Assembly (NCBI GenBank): GCA_963663275.1
Contig: OY760183.1
Location: 3,104,001 to 3,168,000, forward strand
DNA length: 64,000 nucleotides
Direction of reading: 5' to 3'
DNA from: Chloroflexota bacterium
GTDB taxonomy: Bacteria; Chloroflexota; UBA11872; VXOZ01
The translations under genes were made by a program, and so were the position numbers. Shown here in pieces: positions 41,769 to 50,800 of this stretch. The notes beneath the pieces were generated by a model. That model was given only the letters and a program-made list of their open reading frames with translations. It was not told where the DNA came from and ran no database searches. Every line of letters begins with the position of its first letter. Positions within the stretch are counted from its first letter, which is position 1.

Positions 41769-42613
41769 TGGAGCCTATGCAAGCGCCGCTCAAACAATCG
41801 CCGCTCTTCCACGTTCTGCGCGAACTGGGCGCTACGTTCAGCCCCTACCACGGCTGGAACCTGGCCGCTTCCATCGCCGCGCCCGAGGCGGAAGCGGAGG
41901 CGCTCAAGACCGGCGTGGGTCTCGCCGACGTAAGCTGGCTGGGCAAGCTGGAACTCAAAGGCCGCCAGGCGGCGTTGGATGCCCTCACTCTCGACGATGG
42001 CAAAGTCTGGCCCCTGGCGCGGGGGCACTGCCTCATCGTCTGCGACCCCGCGCGCACTGACGCGATCTCCCAGTCGATCGAAAACCAGACTGCAAAGCAA
42101 GAGGCCGACAACTCTCCTGACGCCAACTCCAACAATTCTGCCGACGCCAACTCCAACGATTCCGCTGACGCCAATTCCACCGTTCGCCCTGAGCCTGTCG
42201 AAGGGCAATCGGCTCATGGTTCGACAGGCTCACCACGAACGGACGTTTCCGCAAACCGCACCAGTCAAGAGACCTCGATAAGTACGCCTTGCGCGCACAT
42301 CATTGACGTAACCTCCACCTATGCCGGTCTCCTGCTCGCCGGCCCGCACAGCCGCGACGTGCTGCGGCGGCTCGCGGCGCCCGACGTTTCCCATGCCGCG
42401 CTGCCGAACGGGTCGTGTCTCAGCGCCAAGGTTGCGGGCGTGCACGCGCGCGCCTTGCGGGACGACCTTGACGAGACCCTCGCCTATTGGCTCTTCGTCG
42501 GCACCGAATACGCCGCCTACGCCTGGGAAGCAATCATGCATGCCGGGCGGCCGTTCGGCATCGTGCCGGTTGGCTCCGAAGCCGCGCGGAAGATGCGGAG
42601 CGGCGACCCATGA
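41768..42613 (+). CDS. soxG: Sarcosine oxidase gamma/GcvT-like subunit (MgdD) with in-frame repeat insertion
   Basis: DVSWLGKLELKG, DVTSTY..LAGP; translationally coupled to both neighbours. Confidence 0.7.
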   Translation: MEPMQAPLKQSPLFHVLRELGATFSPYHGWNLAASIAAPEAEAEALKTGVGLADVSWLGKLELKGRQAALDALTLDDGKVWPLARGHCLIVCDPARTDAISQSIENQTAKQEADNSPDANSNNSADANSNDSADANSTVRPEPVEGQSAHGSTGSPRTDVSANRTSQETSISTPCAHIIDVTSTYAGLLLAGPHSRDVLRRLAAPDVSHAALPNGSCLSAKVAGVHARALRDDLDETLAYWLFVGTEYAAYAWEAIMHAGRPFGIVPVGSEAARKMRSGDP

Positions 42614-43875
42614 TCCAGTTGTTTCGCAAAGAGCGCATGTGGCGTGAGCACGAACTCAAGCGCAGTTACGACGTCGTCATCATCGGCGCGGGCGTGCACG
42701 GCCTCGCCACGGCCTACTACCTGGGCAAAGACCACGGCATCACCAACGTGGCGGTGCTGGAGAAGCGCTACCTGGGCGCGGGCAACTCGGGACGCAACAC
42801 CGCCATCATCCGCGCCAATTACCGCACGCCGGAAGGGGTGCCCTTCTTCGCGCGCTCGTTGGAACTCTACGAAGACCTCTCGCGCGAGCTTGAGTGGAAC
42901 CTGCTCTTCAACCAGTGCGGCCACCTGACGTTGGCGCACACGGACTCGTCGGTAGACGGGCTGCGGGTGCGCGCCGAAACCAACCAGATCATGGGCGTGG
43001 ACAGCCGCGTCATCTATCCGGAGGAGATTCAAAAGCTGGTCCCCGCGCTGGATATGAGCGACCGTCCGCGCCTGCCCGTCATGGCGGCGCTCTATCACCC
43101 GCCCGGCGGCATCATCCGCCACGACGCCGTGGTGTGGGGCTACGCCCGCGCCTGCGACCGCATGGGCATCGAGATTCATCCGTTCACGGAAGCCACGGGG
43201 ATTGGTATCAACGGCTCGCCGGCGGACGACAACGCGGCTGCGCCAACCGGTCTCAACCCGCCGGACGGCGCAATCACCGGCGTGGAAACCACCAGGGGCA
43301 GCATCGCGACCAACACCGTGGTGAACTGCGCCGCGGGCTGGGCCACGGTGGTCTCGCGCATGGCCGGCGTTGCCCTGCCCATCGTCACCCAGCCTCTCCA
43401 AGCGTGCGTCACGGAACCGCTCAAGCCTTTTCTCGATAAGGTGATCGTCTCGGCAAACCTGCACGTCTACGTCAGCCAGACCGACCGGGGCGACTGCGTG
43501 ATGGGCGCTGAAGTTGACCCACTTCAGTCCTACAGCATGTTGGGCACGCTGCCGACGCTGGAGCAGATGGCCACCTACACGTTGGAACTCTTCCCGCAGT
43601 TGCACAACGTGAACGTCCTGCGGCAATGGGCCGGCATCTGCGACATGACCCCCGACTTTTCGCCCATCATCGGCGCGGTGGAGGGGCTGGAAGGCTATCA
43701 CCTGGACGTCGGTTGGGGCACCTACGGCTTCAAGGCCGGCCCGGTGGCCGGCAAGTATCTGGCGGAACGCATCGCCACCGGCAAGACGCCGCCGCTAATC
43801 GAGCCGTTCCGGCTCTCGCGCTTCCGCGAAGAAGCGCTCGTCGGTGAAAAAGCGGCGGCGGCGGTATCGCACTAG
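42610..43875 (+). CDS. soxB: Sarcosine oxidase beta-like FAD subunit (MgdA)
   Basis: GAGVHGL, GRNTAIIRANY, RHDAVVWGYA, GWGTYGFK, AAAVSH. Confidence 0.92.
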   Translation: MIQLFRKERMWREHELKRSYDVVIIGAGVHGLATAYYLGKDHGITNVAVLEKRYLGAGNSGRNTAIIRANYRTPEGVPFFARSLELYEDLSRELEWNLLFNQCGHLTLAHTDSSVDGLRVRAETNQIMGVDSRVIYPEEIQKLVPALDMSDRPRLPVMAALYHPPGGIIRHDAVVWGYARACDRMGIEIHPFTEATGIGINGSPADDNAAAPTGLNPPDGAITGVETTRGSIATNTVVNCAAGWATVVSRMAGVALPIVTQPLQACVTEPLKPFLDKVIVSANLHVYVSQTDRGDCVMGAEVDPLQSYSMLGTLPTLEQMATYTLELFPQLHNVNVLRQWAGICDMTPDFSPIIGAVEGLEGYHLDVGWGTYGFKAGPVAGKYLAERIATGKTPPLIEPFRLSRFREEALVGEKAAAAVSH

Positions 43876-44026
43876 CGCCCGCTTCACTTTGTGTATGATG
43901 TATACGGCCGATAAATTACCCCTATCCGTCATTCCGGCGAAAGCCGGAATCCAGAGGTGGGTAGGAGACAATTGCCGTATCAACAGCGCCCGGAGACGGC
44001 AAAAGCGCATTGAAGGAGGCACACCC

Positions 44027-45361
44027 ATGAATCTCGATCAAGTCAAGGAACTGGTAGCGGAGCGCGGCATCAAGTTCTTTCTCTGCTCCTACGTGGAGAT
44101 GAGCGGCGCGCCCAAGGCGAAGCTGATACCCGCCACGCACGTGGAGGACATGGCGGACGGCAGCGCCGGTTTTGCCGGTTTCGCCGCGGGCGAGATGGGC
44201 CAGAGTCCCCACGACCCGGACATGCTCTGCCATCCCGATTTCAACTCGCTGCTCGTGCTGCCCTGGCGGCCGGACATTGCCTGGGTCTCGGGCAACATCC
44301 ACGTGAACGACGCGCCGTGGCACTACGGCCCGCGCACCATTCTGGAGCAACAGTTGGAAAAGGCGGCGCAGGCGGGCTATCTCATGAACGTGGGCACGGA
44401 AGCCGAGTTCATGCTCCTCAAGCAGGACGAGCACGGCGGCTACGCGCCCTGGGACGCCCTCGACACCCTGGACAAGCCCTGCTACGACGTGCGCGCCCTC
44501 TACCGCAATCTCGACGTCATCACCACGCTGGTCGGCCACATGCAGGAACTCGGCTGGGAACCCTACGCCTCCGACCACGAGGACGCCACCTGCCAATTCG
44601 AACTCAACTGGCTCTACGCTGACGCGCTGACCACCGCCGACCGCCACACGTTCTTCCGCTGGATGGTCAAGACCGTGGCCGAGGAGCACGGCCTCACCGC
44701 CACGTTCATGCCCAAGCCGTTCCAGAATCTGACCGGCAACGGCGCCCACTGCCACGTGAGCCTCTGGGACCCCGCCAACACTACCAACCTCTTCCTGGAC
44801 GAAGACGACGAGAACGGCCTCTCCCAACTGGCGTACTGGTTCACCGGCGGCGTGCTGCATCACGCCCGCGCGCTGACGGCGGTTACGTGCCCGATCGTGA
44901 ACAGCTACAAGCGCCTGATCCGGGGCCAGCCCCGCTCCGGCGCGTCATGGGCCCCCGTGTACGGCACCTACGGCGGCTCCAACCGCACCCAGATGATCCG
45001 CATCCCGGACCCGGGACGCATCGAAAACCGCATCGTGGACGGCGCGACGAACCCCTATCTGGCCTACACCGTCTTGCTCGCCGCCGGCCTGGACGGCATC
45101 GCCAACCAGATCGACCCCGGCGTGCGCAACGACGACAACCTCTACGAACTCGACGAGGATGAACTCCACCGCCGCGGCATCACCTTCCTGCCCACCAGCC
45201 TGCCGGAGGCCCTGGACGAACTCGACAAGGACGACGTCCTCAAGGATGCCCTGGGCCGCGAATACGCCGACTACTTCATCGCCGTCAAACGCGAAGAATG
45301 GAACCGCTACCACCTGAGCGTGAGCCAGTGGGAACTGGATAACTACATCGGGGTGTTCTAG
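44027..45361 (+). CDS. glnT: Gamma-glutamylmethylamide synthetase GmaS (GlnT-type glutamine synthetase family)
   Basis: KAKLIP, AGFAGFA, KPCYD, DHEDA..QFE, TFMPKPF, SGASWAP, NRTQMIR; context with mgs/mgd. Confidence 0.88.
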   Translation: MNLDQVKELVAERGIKFFLCSYVEMSGAPKAKLIPATHVEDMADGSAGFAGFAAGEMGQSPHDPDMLCHPDFNSLLVLPWRPDIAWVSGNIHVNDAPWHYGPRTILEQQLEKAAQAGYLMNVGTEAEFMLLKQDEHGGYAPWDALDTLDKPCYDVRALYRNLDVITTLVGHMQELGWEPYASDHEDATCQFELNWLYADALTTADRHTFFRWMVKTVAEEHGLTATFMPKPFQNLTGNGAHCHVSLWDPANTTNLFLDEDDENGLSQLAYWFTGGVLHHARALTAVTCPIVNSYKRLIRGQPRSGASWAPVYGTYGGSNRTQMIRIPDPGRIENRIVDGATNPYLAYTVLLAAGLDGIANQIDPGVRNDDNLYELDEDELHRRGITFLPTSLPEALDELDKDDVLKDALGREYADYFIAVKREEWNRYHLSVSQWELDNYIGVF

Positions 45362-45505
45362 TCGGCCGGGCCCCCTTGTCGATTTCTTTTTGTGGAATTG
45401 GCGGCAGGATCACGATTGAGGCCGGTAGCGTAGGTTTGAAACCTGCGCACATTGGCGGACAACCGCTATCACACAAATGGCGGTCATTGCGGACGGGAGG
45501 GAATG

Positions 45506-46666
45506 ATGGCGCAATACCACGACGCAGAATCCGGCATCACTTTGGACAATGAGTTCGAAAGCGCCAGCGCGCGGGCGTTTAGCAAGCTCGGCCCCGGGCA
45601 ATACCAGGTTGATTTGCTCATAGAGAACTACAGCCCGGACTACCCGGTCGTCTGGGAGTACATGTTCTGCTTCCGGGTGCGGTCGCAGGCGGACGAAGCG
45701 CAGAGGGTCACGTTTCGCGTCATGCAGGGGCGCGGCGGCATCAGCTACATCGACGGCCCGCACTTCGCCAAGCGCAACGGCAATTGGGCGCTCGTGCCCC
45801 GTTCCCAGACGCACATGAGCAATGAGTACGTCGAGGTCACCCTCGACGTAGCGCCGGGCGACGAGTTCCTGCTGGGCAATCATCCCTTCCCCACGCCTGG
45901 CGAGGTAGAGTCCGCCATGCACGCCACCGCCGCGGCCTTAGACGACTTCTCGGTGCGCGAGTTTGGCCGCACGCCGGAGGATCGCCCGCTGCTGGCGCTG
46001 GAATCGGAGCCGCGCGACAAAGTCGTTATCGTCTTCGATACCATGCAGCCCGCCGAGCCGGGCGACGTGCCGATACTCTTCCTGGCCCACTGGCTCAGCA
46101 GCCGGTCCGCCGAGACCGAAAAGCTGCTGGAGGAATACCAGTTCTGCCTGCTGCCCCTGACCAACCCGGACGGCACAGCCCACGGCCATTCGGTAACCAA
46201 CGCCGCCGGCGAGGTGCCGCGCTGCCACTTCGAGGACGCCAAGCTGGGCAAACCCGTTCCCGGTGAAAGCAAGGTTATTTGGGACTACCTTGCCGCGAAA
46301 GCGCCCACCCTCTTCATCGAGTTCCACATCCACTACCTGGTGAGCGCCCCGCACAAGCTGGTGGGCATCGCCGTGAACGAACCCTCGGACGAACGGGGCG
46401 TGGTCGCGCTGCCGGCGGCCACCGTCCTCTGGGGCGAAATGCTCAAGCTGAACAGCCACTGGCGGGCTCGCCTGATCGAGGCCGAAAGCGATACCTTCCG
46501 CAACGCCCTGGACGCAACCCTGGCCCGCGATTTCGGCACCTTGGCATACGTCTACCAGATATACGCGCCCACCGTGGAGGCCGCCTGCGCCCACGCCGTG
46601 GACGTGACGCGCGCTACGCTGCAAGGCGCGGCCGCGGCATCCTCCCTGACGCTCCGCAACGCCTGA
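45506..46666 (+). CDS. M14 zinc carboxypeptidase-like protein
   Basis: FES N-terminal domain, FGRTPEDR, PLTNPDG, IEFH; first Zn motif degenerate. Confidence 0.6.
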   Translation: MAQYHDAESGITLDNEFESASARAFSKLGPGQYQVDLLIENYSPDYPVVWEYMFCFRVRSQADEAQRVTFRVMQGRGGISYIDGPHFAKRNGNWALVPRSQTHMSNEYVEVTLDVAPGDEFLLGNHPFPTPGEVESAMHATAAALDDFSVREFGRTPEDRPLLALESEPRDKVVIVFDTMQPAEPGDVPILFLAHWLSSRSAETEKLLEEYQFCLLPLTNPDGTAHGHSVTNAAGEVPRCHFEDAKLGKPVPGESKVIWDYLAAKAPTLFIEFHIHYLVSAPHKLVGIAVNEPSDERGVVALPAATVLWGEMLKLNSHWRARLIEAESDTFRNALDATLARDFGTLAYVYQIYAPTVEAACAHAVDVTRATLQGAAAASSLTLRNA

Positions 46667-46809
46667 GCGGGCTCCGCTTGCGCTTTGGGATTGCTCAGCT
46701 TGCGCGCCGGTTCAATCCGGCGCGGGCCGCCGCTATATGTCATAATGGCAGGTGAGCCGTGTACTATTGCCGCGTTGCGCCGGGCGCGCAAGCAAAGGAG
46801 CGTTGCGCT

Positions 46810-47457
46810 ATGCAGAACCTAAATCCCGTAATCTGCGGTATTCGCCGGATTGGACGGCGCTTCCGCCCGCGTGGGCAGCGCGCGGCGCCCGCCGCACGCG
46901 CCGGCCTGGCCGCGCTCGCGCTCTGCCTCGCCTGGGTCCTCCTGGCGGGCTGTGAAGGCAGCGCGGCCTACTCGTCCGAGGCCTCCGCCGACAGCGCCGA
47001 CAGCGTGGTCGTCCATGAAAACCCCAACGGCGAGCAAATCAACCTGGACAGCAGCCAGAACGAGGCGCTCTACACCGCGCAACCCCTGGACCTGGTGAAG
47101 TGGACCAAATTGCCGGCCATCGAGGACGGCGGGCTGACGGCCGCCGGCGAGGTGCTGGACGGCGCGCGGCTCTTCAATCCCCAGGACGGCGAGGGTTTCG
47201 CTTTCGAGGTGCGCTACAAGACCCACGAGGAACCCATGGTGGTGCTCCTGCCCGACCTGGGCCCCGCCAAAGTGTGGGAGTCGTTCCTCACGATCGCGCC
47301 CACCGACTTTGAAATCTCCGGCGCGACGTTCAGCTTCCGCGCCTACTCGCCTCTGCTAATGGACGTCGGCTCCGGCGACTTGGAACTGCGCGTCTACGGC
47401 TACGACAAGGACGGCAACCCGGCCCTGCTCGCCGTCCTCACCATGGGCGAGGATTGA
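46810..47457 (+). CDS. Hypothetical lipoprotein
   Basis: AAGGAG SD; hydrophobic stretch ending LLAGC; host-like codon usage. Confidence 0.7.
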   Translation: MQNLNPVICGIRRIGRRFRPRGQRAAPAARAGLAALALCLAWVLLAGCEGSAAYSSEASADSADSVVVHENPNGEQINLDSSQNEALYTAQPLDLVKWTKLPAIEDGGLTAAGEVLDGARLFNPQDGEGFAFEVRYKTHEEPMVVLLPDLGPAKVWESFLTIAPTDFEISGATFSFRAYSPLLMDVGSGDLELRVYGYDKDGNPALLAVLTMGED

Positions 47458-47464
47458 TGGGTGT

Positions 47465-47589
47465 CCCCTCTCCCCGGGGAGAGGGTTAGGGTGAGGGGAA
47501 AAAGCATTGCGGTTCGGCTTGGCAGCGCAACCCGGCCGGTGGACGAAGAGACTCCCTCTCCCAGTGGGGAGAGGGCCGGGGTGAGGGGG
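47465..47589. repeat. Two BoxC-like palindromes
   Basis: CCCTCTCCC..GGGAGAGGG..GGGTGAGGGG twice; also at ~24088, ~48604 and ~57358. Confidence 0.75.
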
Positions 47590-47647
47590 AAAGAGCGCCT
47601 GCCCCAGCGCGCGCCGGACGGTAGTATCTCAATCCCGCGCGGCTGGC

Positions 47648-48046
47648 TCACTCCGTCGCGCGCACGCGCTCCAACGCGCCCGGCCACGCCAGGATGCGCT
47701 CATCGGCGGTGACCAATTGGTGGCCTTCCAGCGCCGTAGCCACGATGATGCGGTCCGCCGGGTCGCCGTGCAGGTCCGAAAGCTGTGCGGCCCGGACGCC
47801 GATCGCGCCGCTCACCGGGATTTCCACCACGCCCTGCGCCAACTGCTCATCGCGCCAGCGGCCCACGTCATCCGGAAACCTGAGCCGCCCCTTCGCGTGC
47901 AGCAGCGCAACTTCCCAGAACGAAATCGCGGAAACGCACACCCCGTTGGCGAGCCATGCCGCATCGATCGCGTCACGCGCGCGCGGACCCAGGCGGTCGC
48001 TGCCCACTCTCAGCCACAGCATCACGTGCGTATCCAGGATGATCAC
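47648..48046 (-). CDS. vapC: PIN-domain toxin VapC
   Basis: ILDTH, SAISFWE, HGDPADRIIVATA. Confidence 0.92.
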   Translation of the reverse strand: MIILDTHVMLWLRVGSDRLGPRARDAIDAAWLANGVCVSAISFWEVALLHAKGRLRFPDDVGRWRDEQLAQGVVEIPVSGAIGVRAAQLSDLHGDPADRIIVATALEGHQLVTADERILAWPGALERVRATE

Positions 48047-48345
48047 GGTTCCAGCGTCCGCTCAGGCTCGCTCTCGGCCTCCCATTCCTCGTCCAACGGC
48101 GCGACGATGTCGCCGAGAATCTCGATGCGCCCTTTATCCACGCCAAAGAGGCTCCGCGGGCGGTCTTGATACGGCATCAGGCGCGAGACCGGACGCCCGT
48201 GCTTGGTAATCACGATCTCCTCGCCGCTTGCCGCCACCTCGTCCATCAGTTTCAGGCACTTCGCCTTGAACTCCGACGCCTTCATCACCCGCGCCCCGCC
48301 GGTATCGATGCTGTTGTCGTTACCCATGCCGCTGTCGTCTCCCAT
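48043..48345 (-). CDS. Phd/YefM family antitoxin (start may be 48285-48288)
   Basis: MKASEFKAKCLKLMDEV..IVITKHGRPV; overlaps the vapC start. Confidence 0.9.
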   Translation of the reverse strand: MGDDSGMGNDNSIDTGGARVMKASEFKAKCLKLMDEVAASGEEIVITKHGRPVSRLMPYQDRPRSLFGVDKGRIEILGDIVAPLDEEWEAESEPERTLEP

Positions 48346-48377
48346 GCCCCGCCATCCTGGTTTGGAGGATTTTGGTC

Positions 48378-48410
48378 AATTGTACCATAGTCATGACCAT
48401 AGTCATAACC
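48378..48410 (-). promoter_or_regulatory. TA promoter -10 with overlapping operator repeats
   Basis: Minus strand GGTTATGACTATGGTCATGACTATGGTACAAT: TGnTACAAT plus ATGACTATGG direct and palindromic repeats. Confidence 0.55.
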
Positions 48411-48444
48411 GCGCTGATGATACCCTCTTGTCCCCTCTCCCTGA

Positions 48445-48603
48445 CTGACAGGGGTAGGCAATCTTGAATCGGCTTGACGTGTCATTCCGAACGGAGCGCA
48501 GCGCAGTGTCGAACCCTGTTCGCGGAATCTAGAGCGGAGAGCCGCAAATCCAGCATTCTAGATTCCTCGCTCCGCTCGGAATGACAGTTGCATCCCTCCT
48601 GTC
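48445..48603. mobile_element. MITE family A copy 6 (right end degenerate), within a BoxC-like element
   Basis: CTGACAGGGGTAGGCA left end; internal REP pair; CCCTCTCCC on both sides. Confidence 0.65.
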
Positions 48604-48713
48604 CCCTCTCCCGCTGGGAGAGGGTTAGGGTGAGGGGGAAGGTCGATTTGCCAAGCCAGAGGGCATACGCTACTCTGATTCTTAGCCGGACGTTCACCGA
48701 AGGAGAGCCGCGC

Positions 48714-48998
48714 ATGAGCAGAAAGTGGCCGGCGCGCGAGGCCGCGGCGCGCTTCAGCGAATTCCTTGAAGCCAGCATCGCCGACGGCCCCCAAATCGTC
48801 ACCAAGCGCGGCGTAGAAGTTGCCGTGCTCGTGCCCATCGCCCAGTGGTGCGCGCCGGAGCAGCCGGCGCAGCCGGATTTGAAAGCGTTGCTGCTTGCCC
48901 CGGAAGCGCGCACCGAAGCCCTCACCCCGCCCCGCGTCACGCGCCGGCGCCGCGCCCCCGCGCCCATCGTGTATGAAGACCCGCAGCCGAGCCCTTAG
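48714..48998 (+). CDS. Orphan Phd/YefM-like antitoxin
   Basis: EAAARFSEFL..GPQIVTKRGVEVAVLV; AAGGAG SD. Confidence 0.75.
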   Translation: MSRKWPAREAAARFSEFLEASIADGPQIVTKRGVEVAVLVPIAQWCAPEQPAQPDLKALLLAPEARTEALTPPRVTRRRRAPAPIVYEDPQPSP

Positions 48999-49621
48999 CC
49001 GAATAGCGCGGTCAGCCAAGCGACGAAATCCTGGCAGAGCGCGCCGCCAACGTCCAGGTCTGTTGCGCCAATCGCCGCGCCCATCTGCCGCGGATCCTCC
49101 CGCGCCGCCAGCCAGGCGTGGACTTGCGCTCTCAGTTCCTTCTTATCGCTGAACTTCCGCTCCGCTTGGGGAATGCCGTCGATATAGCCTCGCGCCCGCG
49201 GCCAGACCGGATCGCCGGCGGGGATCATCTGTGCAACGAAATCCTCAAGTTCGCCTTGCGAGGAGTTGTCCGGCATCAGCCACACACCGACGCGCGGGGG
49301 CCCCGCGATGATTGTGCCCGAGGGAGACTGGTGCGCGGGCAGGGATGGGTAATAGCCGGTTTCCGCAAGCCTGTTCTTGACCGCTTGCCAACGCCCGGCC
49401 AGGTTCGTGTTCGCATCCACCAGAATGCCCAATGACTGTAGTCCAGGCGTCTCGATTTCAGTGTCAATGGAATCGAGCAACTTTTCAACACTGCCCTTCT
49501 CTCTGATGCAAAAATCAGATTGAACTTCAGTGCGCTGGCAGATGTGCAAAACCACGTGTAAATCGTCCTGCCCTTCCACCAGGAGCACGCGGCTTGGCGA
49601 CGGGCCGGTGGGTGTCGCCAT
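48995..49621 (-). CDS. DUF3226-like TOPRIM-fold protein
   Basis: LLVEGQDD, GILVDAN, GVWLMPDN..GELEDF. Confidence 0.75.
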   Translation of the reverse strand: MATPTGPSPSRVLLVEGQDDLHVVLHICQRTEVQSDFCIREKGSVEKLLDSIDTEIETPGLQSLGILVDANTNLAGRWQAVKNRLAETGYYPSLPAHQSPSGTIIAGPPRVGVWLMPDNSSQGELEDFVAQMIPAGDPVWPRARGYIDGIPQAERKFSDKKELRAQVHAWLAAREDPRQMGAAIGATDLDVGGALCQDFVAWLTALFG

Positions 49622-49624
49622 GGG

Positions 49625-50734
49625 TTAGCGCACCTCGATGCCCTGCTCGGCCGCCACGCGGAGTTGGCGCTCGGAGTATTCCACCGCGCGGGTGTGGACG
49701 CCGTCGCTCTCCAGGCGCACCAGCGCGCCCGACACGTCCTCCGTATCCACCGCCGCCCGCGCGAAACCGGCCGCGCAATCCCAGCTATGCGTCGTAGCAA
49801 ACACCTGCACGTCGTTCGCCTCCGCCGTCAGCAGCACCATGCGCCAGAAATCGCGCTGGATTGTGTGGTGGATGCCGTTCTCCGCCTCGTCGATCAGCAG
49901 GAACCCGCCCTGGCTGTTCGCCAGCGCCAACGCCACCCCAAACAACCGCACCGCCCCGTCACCCAAACTGCGCAATGGTACCGGCCGCTCCTGCCCCGCA
50001 AGCCGCACCATCACCCGCCGGCCGTAACGAGAGCGCGAGCTTGTATCATCGCCAATAACCGCGACACGCTCCACCGTGTCGCCATAGATAAGCCTTAGCG
50101 CCTCTACCGCGCGGTCTTCATCGTCCGTGAGCGCAACCTTGTCCCACAACCGTGCGATATCCCTATTGGCCAACACGTTTGGCCCTATGGACTCGCACCG
50201 AACTTCGGGGGAGAGTTCAGATTCGTCACCTCGCTCTTTGGAACGCCATACACTTCTAAGGCCGAATATTGGCGCGTTAGGTTCTTCGCCTTCAAGTAGT
50301 ATTCCAAGCCTGTTCCCTGCTTCGTCCAATAGGTGGTCTGACACAAAACTCTGCCACCCATGCGCTTCCTCGTCACTGAGTTGCGTGGGTTTGATTACAA
50401 GGGTGCCACAATCATCTAGTGGTCCTATTGCGATGGGATGCCCTATCAAGGCGCGGCGGCCGTAGAAGAGCGCGTCCCAGTGAGGCGCAACCACATCGTC
50501 TCCATCTTCATTGACCGACCGATTAAGCTCCTCATTCTTGCGCAAGATGCTCGCAATTACTGAAGACTTACCGCGCACGGCATAGGTCCGCACGGCGTCC
50601 AGCACCGTCGTCTTGCCGACGCCGTTCTTGCCAGCAATGAGCGTCACGCGGCCCAAGCGCTCAATCGAAAGGTCTCGAATGCCGCGAAACCTTCTGATGG
50701 TCAGACTGGGAAGTTGTAGGTCAATTCCAGACAT
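49625..50734 (-). CDS. ABC-type AAA ATPase (AAA_15/AAA_21-like)
   Basis: FRGI, GKNGVGKT, SLGDG, LLIDEAENGIH, TTHS. Confidence 0.88.
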   Translation of the reverse strand: MSGIDLQLPSLTIRRFRGIRDLSIERLGRVTLIAGKNGVGKTTVLDAVRTYAVRGKSSVIASILRKNEELNRSVNEDGDDVVAPHWDALFYGRRALIGHPIAIGPLDDCGTLVIKPTQLSDEEAHGWQSFVSDHLLDEAGNRLGILLEGEEPNAPIFGLRSVWRSKERGDESELSPEVRCESIGPNVLANRDIARLWDKVALTDDEDRAVEALRLIYGDTVERVAVIGDDTSSRSRYGRRVMVRLAGQERPVPLRSLGDGAVRLFGVALALANSQGGFLLIDEAENGIHHTIQRDFWRMVLLTAEANDVQVFATTHSWDCAAGFARAAVDTEDVSGALVRLESDGVHTRAVEYSERQLRVAAEQGIEVR

Positions 50735-50800
50735 AGCGGCTTCTCATTCGGCCTTGAAGTGCACTTAGACTTGGCATTGCGAGCACTTCCGAGCTTTCAA

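Noticed and set aside
46695-46735. GGTTCAATCC T-loop-like hairpin
   Set aside because: No acceptor, D or anticodon arms; a simple GC hairpin
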